From NCBI GenBank assembly GCA_918797485.1, contig CAKKNE010000004.1:930001-994000 (forward strand): a DNA stretch of 64,000 bases, written 5' to 3'. Position 1 is the first letter of the stretch. Every line of letters starts with the position of its first letter. A program made the translations under genes and the position numbers. Origin of the DNA: Pelagomonas calceolata. Lineage: Eukaryota. Positions 54,218 to 63,413 of this stretch are shown one piece after another. The notes beneath the pieces are model-generated. The model had not been told where the DNA came from. It searched no databases and saw only the letters and a list, made by a program, of their open reading frames with translations.

Positions 54218-55237
54218 ATGGCCGAAGACGCCGCGCCGCCAGAACTCCCGCCCCGCGAGGCCGCCACCCCACCAGAACTCCCGCCCCGCGAGGCCGTCGA
54301 AAGCCTCTCCCTGGAAGAGGACGTCGCCGACCTCGACGCGGCCGCGGCCGACGAAGGCTACGAGGAGGAAGCCGCCGACGCCGCCGAGGAGCTGCAGGAG
54401 GCTCCTCTGACGGAGGAGGAGGAGGAGGAGGCCCGCGGCGTGGCCCAGCATTTGCTGCTCAACGCGCCGCCGGGCGAATTCACAGAGCTTCTCGACGATG
54501 TCGCCTCAATTACGCCGGAGCGGGCGCTCGAGGGCGGCTTCGTGAACGGCGTGGCGCGCGCGCGCAACGCCCAGATCCTCGAGGCCGCGATCACAGAAGA
54601 CGGGGCGCGCGTCGTCTTGTGCCGCGAGGCGGAGGTGACGCCTACTTCTTATAGAGATGCAAACGGCAAGCTGTACGACGTCGACCATGCTACCCTCGAA
54701 GCCATACCGGTTGAGGACGTGTATGACGAGGACGCTGTGCCCGAGTCACTGAAGAGCGCGAGAGACGACCTCCAGAAGGCATTGGCCGTGTACGCCTCCA
54801 CAAGATACCTGGGCGAGGGCCACGCCGCCACATTTGTGGTAGGAGACGCCCTGAAGTGCGTCGTGCGCGGCGCGCGGAAGAACCTTGGAAACTTCCACTC
54901 GGGAAGCTGGGCGTCGGCCTGGACCCTCACGCCGTCTTCCGAGGGCTACGACGTGCAGGGCATGATACAGGTACGAGCCCACTACTTCGAGGACGGCAAC
55001 GTGCAGTTGTATGCGACGAAAGAGGTCACGGCGTCGACGCGAGACGTCTCCCAGTTAATCGAAGCCAGCGAGAACGAATTGCACGCCGGCTTGGAAGCGA
55101 TGTACGGCGACATGGCCGACGCGACCTTCAAAGCCTTACGTAGAGTGATGCCCATCACGAAGCTCAAGATGAAGTGGTCCGTGGACGCCTTACGGCTCAA
55201 GGGCGGTTTAACCAAGGCGGCGGCGGAGGCGTACTAA
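54218..55237 (+). CDS. CAPZA: F-actin capping protein alpha subunit
   Basis: LLNAPPGEF, NFHSGSWASAW, HYFEDGNVQL, FKALRRVMPITK. Confidence 0.92.
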   Translation: MAEDAAPPELPPREAATPPELPPREAVESLSLEEDVADLDAAAADEGYEEEAADAAEELQEAPLTEEEEEEARGVAQHLLLNAPPGEFTELLDDVASITPERALEGGFVNGVARARNAQILEAAITEDGARVVLCREAEVTPTSYRDANGKLYDVDHATLEAIPVEDVYDEDAVPESLKSARDDLQKALAVYASTRYLGEGHAATFVVGDALKCVVRGARKNLGNFHSGSWASAWTLTPSSEGYDVQGMIQVRAHYFEDGNVQLYATKEVTASTRDVSQLIEASENELHAGLEAMYGDMADATFKALRRVMPITKLKMKWSVDALRLKGGLTKAAAEAY

Positions 55238-55246
55238 GTAGCTATC

Positions 55247-56062
55247 CTAGAGCGGCTTACTCACGGCGGCGGAGGAGTGCTCCGCGCGCGCTTTTCTCCT
55301 CACGAGCCAGGCCCGCAGGACGCCGCGATCCTCGCGCTCCCCGTCACTCAACAACCTTTCATCCCCATGGAGCTCCGGCCGCCTTTCCACAATGTGCGTC
55401 AGCACCGGGCCGCCGAGCAACGAGGCCCATCGAACGGGCGCCGTCGCCAGCGTTCCTTTCTGGAAGTCGAAAATTTGCAGTGACGCCTCTTCCGGTCTTT
55501 TCTTCGGAGAATTCTTTTCCGCGGAAGCGCAAACTTCTCTAGCTGGCGCGCAAGCTAACGCAAAGGCGCCTAAGAGTCGTCGCACGCCTACCGGTAGTAG
55601 CGAGGGGTCCTGCAAAGCGTCCTCCGGTCGTAGCCACCGCGCGAAGGCGAACGCTCCGATTGATGTGGCGCACAGATGCTCGAGGTCCCGCAACCACAAA
55701 GCGTACATGCATCGTGACGGGTCTAACTCCTCGTAGAGCCGGGCGAAGAGCACCGAACCGATTTCTAGAGCAGCGACGACGCTCTCCCGCACGAGACGCC
55801 TCAATAGCATCCGCCACGCGTCGACCCCATACGAGCATCGGATATCCGACAGCCACGGTCTCGTACCGGTCCAGGGCCTTCGTTTAATGTCCATGATGCA
55901 ATATCCAACCTCCCGCTCGTGCCTTTCAACGACGGGCTCCTCACTGCGCTTCTTGCAGGGCGTCGGCGTGTATTCGAGCGCCATGACGACGCTGCCGTCC
56001 ATGGACGGCGGCGGCGCGCCGGAGGGGCGCGTCGGTGGCGTTTGTGGGGGGTCTGCTGCCAT
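55247..56062 (-). CDS. Hypothetical protein
   Basis: 271-aa ATG ORF filling the gap between CAPZA and the next divergent gene. Confidence 0.6.
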   Translation of the reverse strand: MAADPPQTPPTRPSGAPPPSMDGSVVMALEYTPTPCKKRSEEPVVERHEREVGYCIMDIKRRPWTGTRPWLSDIRCSYGVDAWRMLLRRLVRESVVAALEIGSVLFARLYEELDPSRCMYALWLRDLEHLCATSIGAFAFARWLRPEDALQDPSLLPVGVRRLLGAFALACAPAREVCASAEKNSPKKRPEEASLQIFDFQKGTLATAPVRWASLLGGPVLTHIVERRPELHGDERLLSDGEREDRGVLRAWLVRRKARAEHSSAAVSKPL

Positions 56063-56421
56063 GGCTTTGTGCCTGGCGGTTCCTCCGCCGGTCGTCGCGC
56101 AGTGCCTTCCTCCCTGTGGTCGCTCGGGCAGCGTCCGCGAGCCAGGCGGCAGAGAGGCAACGGATGGCCGCCTAGCTAGAGACACACTAGGAATCACTCG
56201 GCGTTATCGTCCGCGCGCTGGTCTTGGGCCCTCCACGAGGCTCTAGGTTCACCAAAGGACCGGGAGACGCGCCCCTGTCGCACGGCACCCCCAGCGCACC
56301 CGCGACCGCCGGACGGGCAGCCTAAGCAGCGCCAGCTCGATACTTGGTAGGGGCAGCCATACCAGCGCCACCCGCGAGACCTAAGTCAACAGGGAGGGGC
56401 AGCTGACCCCCCGAGGCAAGG

Positions 56422-56871
56422 ATGGCCGACACGGGCAAGATCAAGGAGATGAAGGATAGGGAAGAGCGCTGCGAGCGCGCACGTACCCGCGTCTCGCGAT
56501 CTCGGCACCGAAACTCGGACACGACCTCCGAGCGATACCCTCGACCCAGTATGGAGAGTAACACCTCCCCCAAACCACGACACACCCCGAGTTGAAGCGC
56601 AACTTGACCTTGGATTGCCCCGCAGGCCCAAAAGTACGTCAACGAATTGCAGGAGGTGCACCAGCGCGTCCAGTTCGAGGCCAAGGGCACGCAGAAGAAG
56701 CTGAACGCGCTGCGGAAGCGGGCGGCGGCGGCGGCGGAGGACGAGGCGCGGTGTCTGGACGCCGAATTGGTGATTGCGCGGCGCCAGAAGTTGAAGGACC
56801 TCTACGCGTCGGACTACGACCGGTACCAGGTGGAATTGGAGGCCATGGGGCTGTCGCTGAACTTCGAGTAA
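56422..56871 (+). CDS. Small coiled-coil protein, CFAP141-like (ciliary); probable GC-AG intron 56479-56625
   Basis: C-terminal ELVIARRQKLKDLYASDYDRYQVELEAMGL resembles my recollection of the CFAP141/DUF4558 tail. Confidence 0.6.
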
Positions 56872-57168
56872 GTGCTTCTCTATAAGCATCATGTGGACTC
56901 GGCGGCCGTTTGCGCGGGGCGCCTTGTCGGGTCTTCCCACGAGAGAGTTTTCATGGCGGGCCGGGTCCTGGAGGCCTGGGGGCCCGGGGGGAAAACTCTC
57001 GGCCGCAGCCGCGCGCGCCCTGCGAGAGTCTTGGCACAGAGAGAGGCAGGCCAATTAGGGGCAGCGTCCGGCCTCACCCCGGGGCGCAGCGATCGCAGCG
57101 GTCGTCGCATCAGTTCGTCGCATCGATAGCGTGCACATGCAAGCGACGCGAGGGGCAGCCCGACAGTG

Positions 57169-58272
57169 ATGGTCTCAAGCAAGCAGGCCCTAGCTGAGGC
57201 GCACGCCGCCGCCGCGCGGCGCGCCGCCCGGGCGCGCGTCGCGGCGCTGAAGGCCGGGACTAGTGCCAAGCCGGTGGTCGACGCGACCTGGGCAAAGCTG
57301 ATGCAGGGCTGTGCGGACTGTCAACAGCGCGCGGAGGCGGCCGAGACCCTGGAGACCTGGCGCGCCTTCGCGGCGGCAGCGCACGCGTTGCGGGACGCCG
57401 TCGGCATTGAGGGAGACAAGTGCGAGGAGCCGGGGTGCAAGACGTGCCAGCCGACTCCATTTCTTTTTGTCCCGAAGGGAGTCGTGATGCCCCCAGCCCC
57501 ACCAAAAGACGAGCCCACGCCGGAAGAGCGCAGGAACGCCCAGGCCTTCGCGAAGAAGGCGACGTGCGACGCTGGAATTGGGCTCGGGGGTCTATTGCTG
57601 AAGCGCGGGCGGCGAGGGGAAGCTTGTGACGCGTTGGCCACCGCTCTCAAGGCCGACGAGTCGAACGGCGAGGCCTGGACCTTACGGGCGGCGGCCTTCG
57701 CAGAGATGGGTGAGGACGGCTCTATATTGGAAATTGTCGAGCTTCATTTACGGAAGGCCGCGCAGCTCTCGCCGGACGACGACGAGCTTCAAGCACAGCA
57801 CGCCGTCGCGGCGTGTCGGGCGGCGGTCGTCATGGAGGCGACTGACCCGCCTCGCGTGGAGGGGACGCTCGCCGAGCGCGCGCGACAAGCGTCGACGCTC
57901 CTCGAGGACGGTGCCACACTCATGAGAGAAGGCCTCTACAAAACCGCACATAGCCGGTATCTGCGCGCGGTCGACCTGCTCGACGCGCTGCCGGGTCCCA
58001 AGGCGAAGGCCGCGGCCGACGAGGCGCGGCTCAACGCCGCGGGGTGTCTGTTGCAATTGCCGGGCGACCACGACGTCGCGAGTTTATGTGATGCGCTACC
58101 GTCGACGCGGGCCCTACTACGGCGCGCGGCGGCGCGCGAGCGACGTGGGGACTACGCGGCGGCGCTCGCCGACCTGCGCGAGGCGCGCCTGTCATCCGTC
58201 GACCGGGCACTCGTCGACGCGCGGATCGCGCACTGCGAGCATTTGCGGGATACGCGTGGGGTGGTCGTGTAA
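57169..58272 (+). CDS. Tetratricopeptide-repeat protein
   Basis: ALKADESNGEAWTLRAAAF, HLRKAAQLSPDD, ALLRRAAARERRGDYAAALADL. Confidence 0.8.
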   Translation: MVSSKQALAEAHAAAARRAARARVAALKAGTSAKPVVDATWAKLMQGCADCQQRAEAAETLETWRAFAAAAHALRDAVGIEGDKCEEPGCKTCQPTPFLFVPKGVVMPPAPPKDEPTPEERRNAQAFAKKATCDAGIGLGGLLLKRGRRGEACDALATALKADESNGEAWTLRAAAFAEMGEDGSILEIVELHLRKAAQLSPDDDELQAQHAVAACRAAVVMEATDPPRVEGTLAERARQASTLLEDGATLMREGLYKTAHSRYLRAVDLLDALPGPKAKAAADEARLNAAGCLLQLPGDHDVASLCDALPSTRALLRRAAARERRGDYAAALADLREARLSSVDRALVDARIAHCEHLRDTRGVVV

Positions 58273-58304
58273 TGTGAACATAGATTGTGAACACAAGTTA
58301 TAAG

Positions 58305-59564
58305 CTAGCGCCGCCGCGTCAACAGCGCCGCCGCCAGCAACCCTATCGACACGACGGCCGCCGCGCGCGAGATCGCCGCGGCCAGCCGGTCCAGCGCCGG
58401 CGCGACGCCGTCGGAAGGCGGGACCGCTGGCGCCGCCGGGGGCTCCTCCGTCGGCGCGTGCACCACACCACCGCCCAGTAGAGTAGCCAACGCCACGTAG
58501 TGCGCGCCCCGCAAGCCCAGATCGTCGACGAGCACCAGGCGCAACGGCACGCGGTCCAACACGGGACGCAACCGCCCCCGATCTTTGTAAGCTTCCAGGA
58601 ACACCCTTTCTTTGAGCCTCTCCCGATTCTTCACGGCGATGCCCCCACAAACATAAAGCCCGCCGAACGGCAGCCACTTCACCGCAGCGTTGCCAAGTTC
58701 CGCGCCGTAGGCATCGAGGACCAGATTCAAAGCCTCGCCACAGAGATGGTCGTCGTACGCGGCCCTTGCTATAACTCCAGCACCCTCCGGGTGTGCTTTT
58801 ATTCTCTTCTGCAGATCTTTATCGACTTTTCCCGGAAACTTCTCGGCAAAAAAATCGTACACGTTGACGATGCCCTTTCCGGAAATGACCCGTTCCGCCG
58901 AGACGCGCCCACCGAATCTGCGTTGTAGTGCGGTCAACAGTTCCGTCTGGATGGCATCCCTGGGAGCGAACGCGACGTGACCGCCTTCCGAGGGCCACGC
59001 CTCATACACGCCTGACGAAGCCGTCGCGTAAGCTTCACCTAAACCAGTACCCGCCCCGACGCAAGCGATCGGCGCACCAGGTGACGGTTGCGACGGCCCA
59101 TTCAACGTCGAATAGTCGCCGTCGCGCAGCGTCACGACGCCGAATCCATTAGCAACAAAATCATTGACTAAACGCATCGTGCCCGGTTGCATGCGGAATT
59201 CGGCCTCGAGGAGTCTAGCTTCTATCCTCCACCCGAGATTCGTGAACGTGACCCTATCTCCCTCTTCTACCGGTCCGGCTACCGCCAGACATCCCGCGGC
59301 GAGTTCTACTAAACCAACGTTGGCCTCCGCGAGAAACGCGTGTAAGAGCTCGGTAAAGTCTCCGGGCAGGTTGTTCGTTTTATATGTTTGCGCATACAGG
59401 GGCGGCTCCGTGCCTATCGCCTCGAGGTCTTTCTTGGAGGCGGTGTGCTGGAGGCGGAAGAGCTCCAAGCGGCTGTTGGTGCCGCCGAGATCGCCGCACA
59501 GCACGCAGCGGACGTTGGCGAGCATGGAGGCGGACCTTGTCATGCGGGGGCGCTCGGGCGCCAT
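58305..59564 (-). CDS. glk: Bacterial-type glucokinase with C-terminal membrane anchor
   Basis: GDLGGTNSR, LAVAGPV, LVNDF, GAGTGLGEA, SEGGH, AERVISGKG, GGLYVCGGI. Confidence 0.93.
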   Translation of the reverse strand: MAPERPRMTRSASMLANVRCVLCGDLGGTNSRLELFRLQHTASKKDLEAIGTEPPLYAQTYKTNNLPGDFTELLHAFLAEANVGLVELAAGCLAVAGPVEEGDRVTFTNLGWRIEARLLEAEFRMQPGTMRLVNDFVANGFGVVTLRDGDYSTLNGPSQPSPGAPIACVGAGTGLGEAYATASSGVYEAWPSEGGHVAFAPRDAIQTELLTALQRRFGGRVSAERVISGKGIVNVYDFFAEKFPGKVDKDLQKRIKAHPEGAGVIARAAYDDHLCGEALNLVLDAYGAELGNAAVKWLPFGGLYVCGGIAVKNRERLKERVFLEAYKDRGRLRPVLDRVPLRLVLVDDLGLRGAHYVALATLLGGGVVHAPTEEPPAAPAVPPSDGVAPALDRLAAAISRAAAVVSIGLLAAALLTRRR

Positions 59565-59778
59565 GGTGTTTTGGTGTGATTCGCCGCGGCGGTGATTCGC
59601 GCCCGCTTTTTTGGTGGACTTTGGCTGTCGGTGGTTGCGTGAGCCTTTTATGGCTGCGCGATGCCGTAGCTATGCAGGAAACGCCGCGTCGGCGACGTCA
59701 ACCGCTTCTCGACGAGCGCTGGTGCAACCGACGCGGCCCTACAGCGAATTCCCGCTTGCCCTGAAAAAAGCGGCGGAG

Positions 59779-59800
59779 CTAGCGGCATGTAAGACACTAG
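59779..59800 (-). promoter_or_regulatory. CTAG-bounded intergenic motif
   Basis: CTAGCGGCATGTAAGACACTAG about 215 bp upstream of the glucokinase ATG. Confidence 0.7.
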
Positions 59801-59884
59801 GAGAGGGGTACGGGGGACCCCGCGACGTAACTAGCCTGAGCCTGAGGCATCGACAGGGGGAACGATCGCAAAGGGCGAGACCGA

Positions 59885-60918
59885 TTACGCACACGTCGCC
59901 AGCAGTCGCGGCACGACGGTCGGATGCTTCCGCCCGAGCGCCGCCGCGCACGCTTCCGCGCGACGCCGCCATGCCGCTGCGCAGGAGCGGTCCGATGAAC
60001 CACGAGCGCAGGCGCGGGCGACGCCGTCGAAGCCACCGTCCGCCGGGCGGCCATCAGACGCCGCGTAGGCTCGCAAGCGCGCCAACCATGGCTTCACGCG
60101 CGTCAGACAATCAGTAGTCGCATTGTCGGAGCCGCGAAAGAAGCCCACCTTCGCCACACCCAGGAACTGCGCGAAGGCGACGGCATGCGCGCGCGGGTGC
60201 CGCGCCGCCAAGTCGTAGGAGAGGAAGAAGGTCCGCCGGCAGTCGAGGCCTTTGATGGCCTTCTCGAGGCGCGCGACCGCTTTGGCGTAAAACGCTTCTT
60301 CGCGGTGCAGCGTGTCGACGCGGCCCCCGTCCATATCCCTAAACTTCCAGAAGCGCCTCAATATACTCTCCTGCGTCGCCACGGCGTCCCTCACCAGGAC
60401 GACGTGCCAGCGGCCTTTGTCCACGACGGGATACTTCGGCGCGTCATTACTAAAGCAGCGCCAGGCGCTCCCGCGGCGCGCGCGGCTCCGCGCCTTTACA
60501 TACACAACTTTGGCGCCGACGCGCGACTCGGAGCAACACCCGCCACAACTGGAAAAGGAAAACTGGCCGCCGCACCGCTTCAGCTTGCCGCCGCCGCCGC
60601 AGAGGCGCCGCGGCAGGCCCTCGAGCCAGTGGTGACCTGTGTGGAAATCAATGCAGTTACGTACGGGAAGACGCGTCGCGTCGATGGCGGGGCGTCCGAA
60701 ATTTGATTTCCACACAGGTGGTGGCCCACGCCCTCGGTGCCCAGGGTCTTGAAGTTCGAGCCCTTGGGCTTCGGGCGCCAGCCGTGTTGGCGTTGGGCGG
60801 CGAGGCAGCGGCCCGCGGTGCTTGCGGGCGGCCAGAGGCGTGATGCTACGTCGAAATATTCAGTCGCGTTCTCGGGCCGCGCGGCCGCCGCGGTTATGAC
60901 GGCGAGGAGGCGGCGCAT
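59885..60918 (-). CDS. Secreted sulfotransferase-like protein; GC-AG intron 60637-60725
   Basis: Signal peptide; LGTEGVGHH (PSB-loop-like), VVLVRDAV..S..RR, LSYD; spliced length 945 nt. Confidence 0.65.
60637..60717 (-). mobile_element. TIR introner element with 8-bp TSD (7/8 match)
   Basis: CTGTGTGGAAATCAA...TTGATTTCCACACAG; flanks GTGGTGAC (60629-60636) and GTGGTGGC (60718-60725). Confidence 0.92.
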
Positions 60919-61128
60919 GACTCGCGGGTCGTCAATTGATGGTCCCCATTAATTACGGCGCTCGCGGCGACCAGTGCTTTATGCCAATTTTTTGCAGGCA
61001 GATAAAATATGAACACAGGCCTTCCGGACAGGTGCTTATCATATCAAAAGGCACGCCCCCACAGTGACGAATCTCCCTTGAAGGTATTGCTTCTACAAAG
61101 CAAATGGTAGGGTTACGCATAAAGCGAG

Positions 61129-61149
61129 CTAGCGAATGTAAGACACTAG
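61129..61149 (-). promoter_or_regulatory. CTAG-bounded intergenic motif
   Basis: CTAGCGAATGTAAGACACTAG near the centre of a divergent gap. Confidence 0.7.
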
Positions 61150-61341
61150 CAATCTCGACAGCAGCCAAAGCGCGCGCCGTGTCGAGCGCATAGGTGCGAT
61201 AGGAGCATTTGGACCGCAGCAGCGGTGCCAAATAATATTAGCGACGACCGCTGCAGCGCTACAGCATTTCTAGGGAGCCGCTCTGCGGCACACACAGACG
61301 CCCGCGACGCCAGCCGACGCGCGCATCAATCAATAGCAGCA

Positions 61342-62524
61342 ATGCGCGTCGCCTGGACCGGCTTCGGCCAGTTCCAGGGCGTCGAGGCGAACCCGTCGGC
61401 CGTGCTCGCGCAGCGCCTCGCGGCGCAGCACGCCGACGATTCCGTCGAGATCTTGGAAGTGTCGGCCGCCGCCGCGAAGGCGTGGCGCTGCCCCGACGCC
61501 GGGCTCGTGGTTCATCTGGGCGTCGCGATCACCTACGACGCCATCACGTTGGAACGCTGCGCGTATAATGATGCCTCGTTCCGCGTGCCGGACCAGAACG
61601 CCTTCCAGCCGTCCAAGGCGTCCATCGACGAGGCCGAGCGCTTCGGTGCAACCAGGACGTCGAGCATCGACCTCGCCGCAGTTGCTCAGAAAGCGGGCGT
61701 GAACGTGTCGGACGACGCTGGACGATTTGTAGCAATGCGGTGTCCGGTAGTACGCCGTCGCGGCGATGGCGTCGCAGCGGGAGTAATTATCAGCACGCTG
61801 TCACGGCGCATCGACCGAAGGACGCCTCGCGAAGACGCGCCGCGCGCAGGTGTGCAACTACCTCTACTTCTGCTCCCTCGCCACCGGCGTGCCTTGCGTG
61901 TTCGTCCACGTGCCTCCCGTCGAACGCCTGCCGCTCGAGGCGCAGGTGGAGACGCTGGCGCGGTTGAGGGGTTACCTGGTCGAGGCGGTCGGTAGTAACG
62001 CCGTCGACGTCCTGGCCGACGTCGCGGCGGCGGCAAACGGCGCCGGCGTGCTGGACCAGCTCGTTTCCTTAGGTATTGATCAGGAACGGGCGGCCTTCGC
62101 GGTGGCAGCGGGCTGCACGAGCGTCGAGGCGGCGATGGAGATGCTGTTCGCCGAGCAGCCGCCAGCGCCGCCGCCGTCGCATGCGATGAAGATGGTTTTG
62201 GTCGTCCGGGAGGACCTGGGCATGAGCCGCGGCAAGGTCGCGGCGCAGTGCGCGCACGCGGCGCTCGGCGGGGCGCGGCGCGCCGACGCGACCGTCATCG
62301 AGCGGTGGGCCGGCGCGGGCGAGACGATGATCGTCGTCGCCGCGCCGCACGAGGGGCTTGCCGCGCTCCGCGACGCCGCGTCGACCGCGGGCCTCCCGCA
62401 CTGCCTCGTCGCCGACGCGGGGCGGACCGAGGTCGCACCGGGCACGGAGACCGTGTTGGCCGTGGGGCCGGGCGAGGTCTCGCGCGTGGATGCGATCACG
62501 GGGCGGTTGCGGTTGCTGCGGTAG
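61342..62524 (+). CDS. Pyroglutamyl peptidase I (C15) + UBA + peptidyl-tRNA hydrolase 2 fusion; intron 61729-61849
   Basis: TGFGQF..NPS, LERCAYN, DAGRF|VCNY, FVHVP; UBA-like QLVSLGI...VEAAMEML; PTH2 KMVLVVREDLGMSRGKVAAQCAHA, DAGRTEV. Confidence 0.88.
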
Positions 62525-62548
62525 TAGTCTTTGTTGTTACTTTTTACT

Positions 62549-63301
62549 TCAGTAGGCCCCCGTGTGAAACGCAAAAGCGACGACGTGTGACAGCGCGTCC
62601 ACCGGGAGGCGCGGGAAGACGACTCTGGCGAACGTCTTCGCGAGCGCTTGCCGGTGGGCTTTCTCGTAATTCCGAAAACCGCCAGCAGCGACCACCTTGC
62701 GGAGGTACTGGTCGTCGGTGTCGACCAGGAGCTTGGCAGGGCCAAATTGAAGGCCCTCAGGTAAGACGAGCGGGACCACCACCCTTATCATGCCCCCGAA
62801 CGTGGCGCCGGCGCGGAGCAGAAGGTAGAAGATGCGTTGGGACTCGGCATAAGGAGGTGGAATATTGGTCCCATATTCTTGTGCGCCTCGCGTGGCCATT
62901 GCCAGCGGGGTGTGATTGTAAACATGGTTTACAACGCGTCGGTCCGGATCGGCCCCCGCGGCGAGGAGCAGGGCTACACACTCCGACTTTCCTCGGCAGG
63001 CGGCCCGATTCAGCGCGGTCCACCCGAGCTCGCAACGAGTGTTCACCTCTGCGGTAACCGCGGTGCCCGCGGCCTCGAGCAGGACTTTCAGAACACTTCC
63101 GTCTCCCAGGGCTGCTCGGTGGAGTGCGCGTCCCAGGGCTCCTGGGGAGTCTTTCACAAGTCTTAGGTTGTGCCGCACGCTTTGTACGTCACCACGCTCC
63201 GCGTACTGCATGATCAAGCCATGATAATACATGACCATCGGACGACTTGGATCGTTGTCGTTCATCAGAAATCCATCACCTTGTGATACGTATTCTGTCA
63301 T
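62549..63301 (-). CDS. Ankyrin-repeat protein with C-terminal F-box-like motif
   Basis: GWTALNRAACRGKSECVALLLAAGADP; tail FPRLPVDALSHVVAF. Confidence 0.85.
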   Translation of the reverse strand: MTEYVSQGDGFLMNDNDPSRPMVMYYHGLIMQYAERGDVQSVRHNLRLVKDSPGALGRALHRAALGDGSVLKVLLEAAGTAVTAEVNTRCELGWTALNRAACRGKSECVALLLAAGADPDRRVVNHVYNHTPLAMATRGAQEYGTNIPPPYAESQRIFYLLLRAGATFGGMIRVVVPLVLPEGLQFGPAKLLVDTDDQYLRKVVAAGGFRNYEKAHRQALAKTFARVVFPRLPVDALSHVVAFAFHTGAY

Positions 63302-63413
63302 GATGTGAACAGCCTCGACGCGCGAGTGCGAGTTGCAAAGGCAAAATCGCCTGAAAAAACCCGCGCCGCCGGAGCACTCATCTTAAACAAACCACATTAA
63401 ACAAAACCGTGAC

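Noticed and set aside
54235..54295. Short tandem duplication PPELPPREA in the CAPZA N-terminus
   Set aside because: Ordinary in-frame duplication in a disordered extension.
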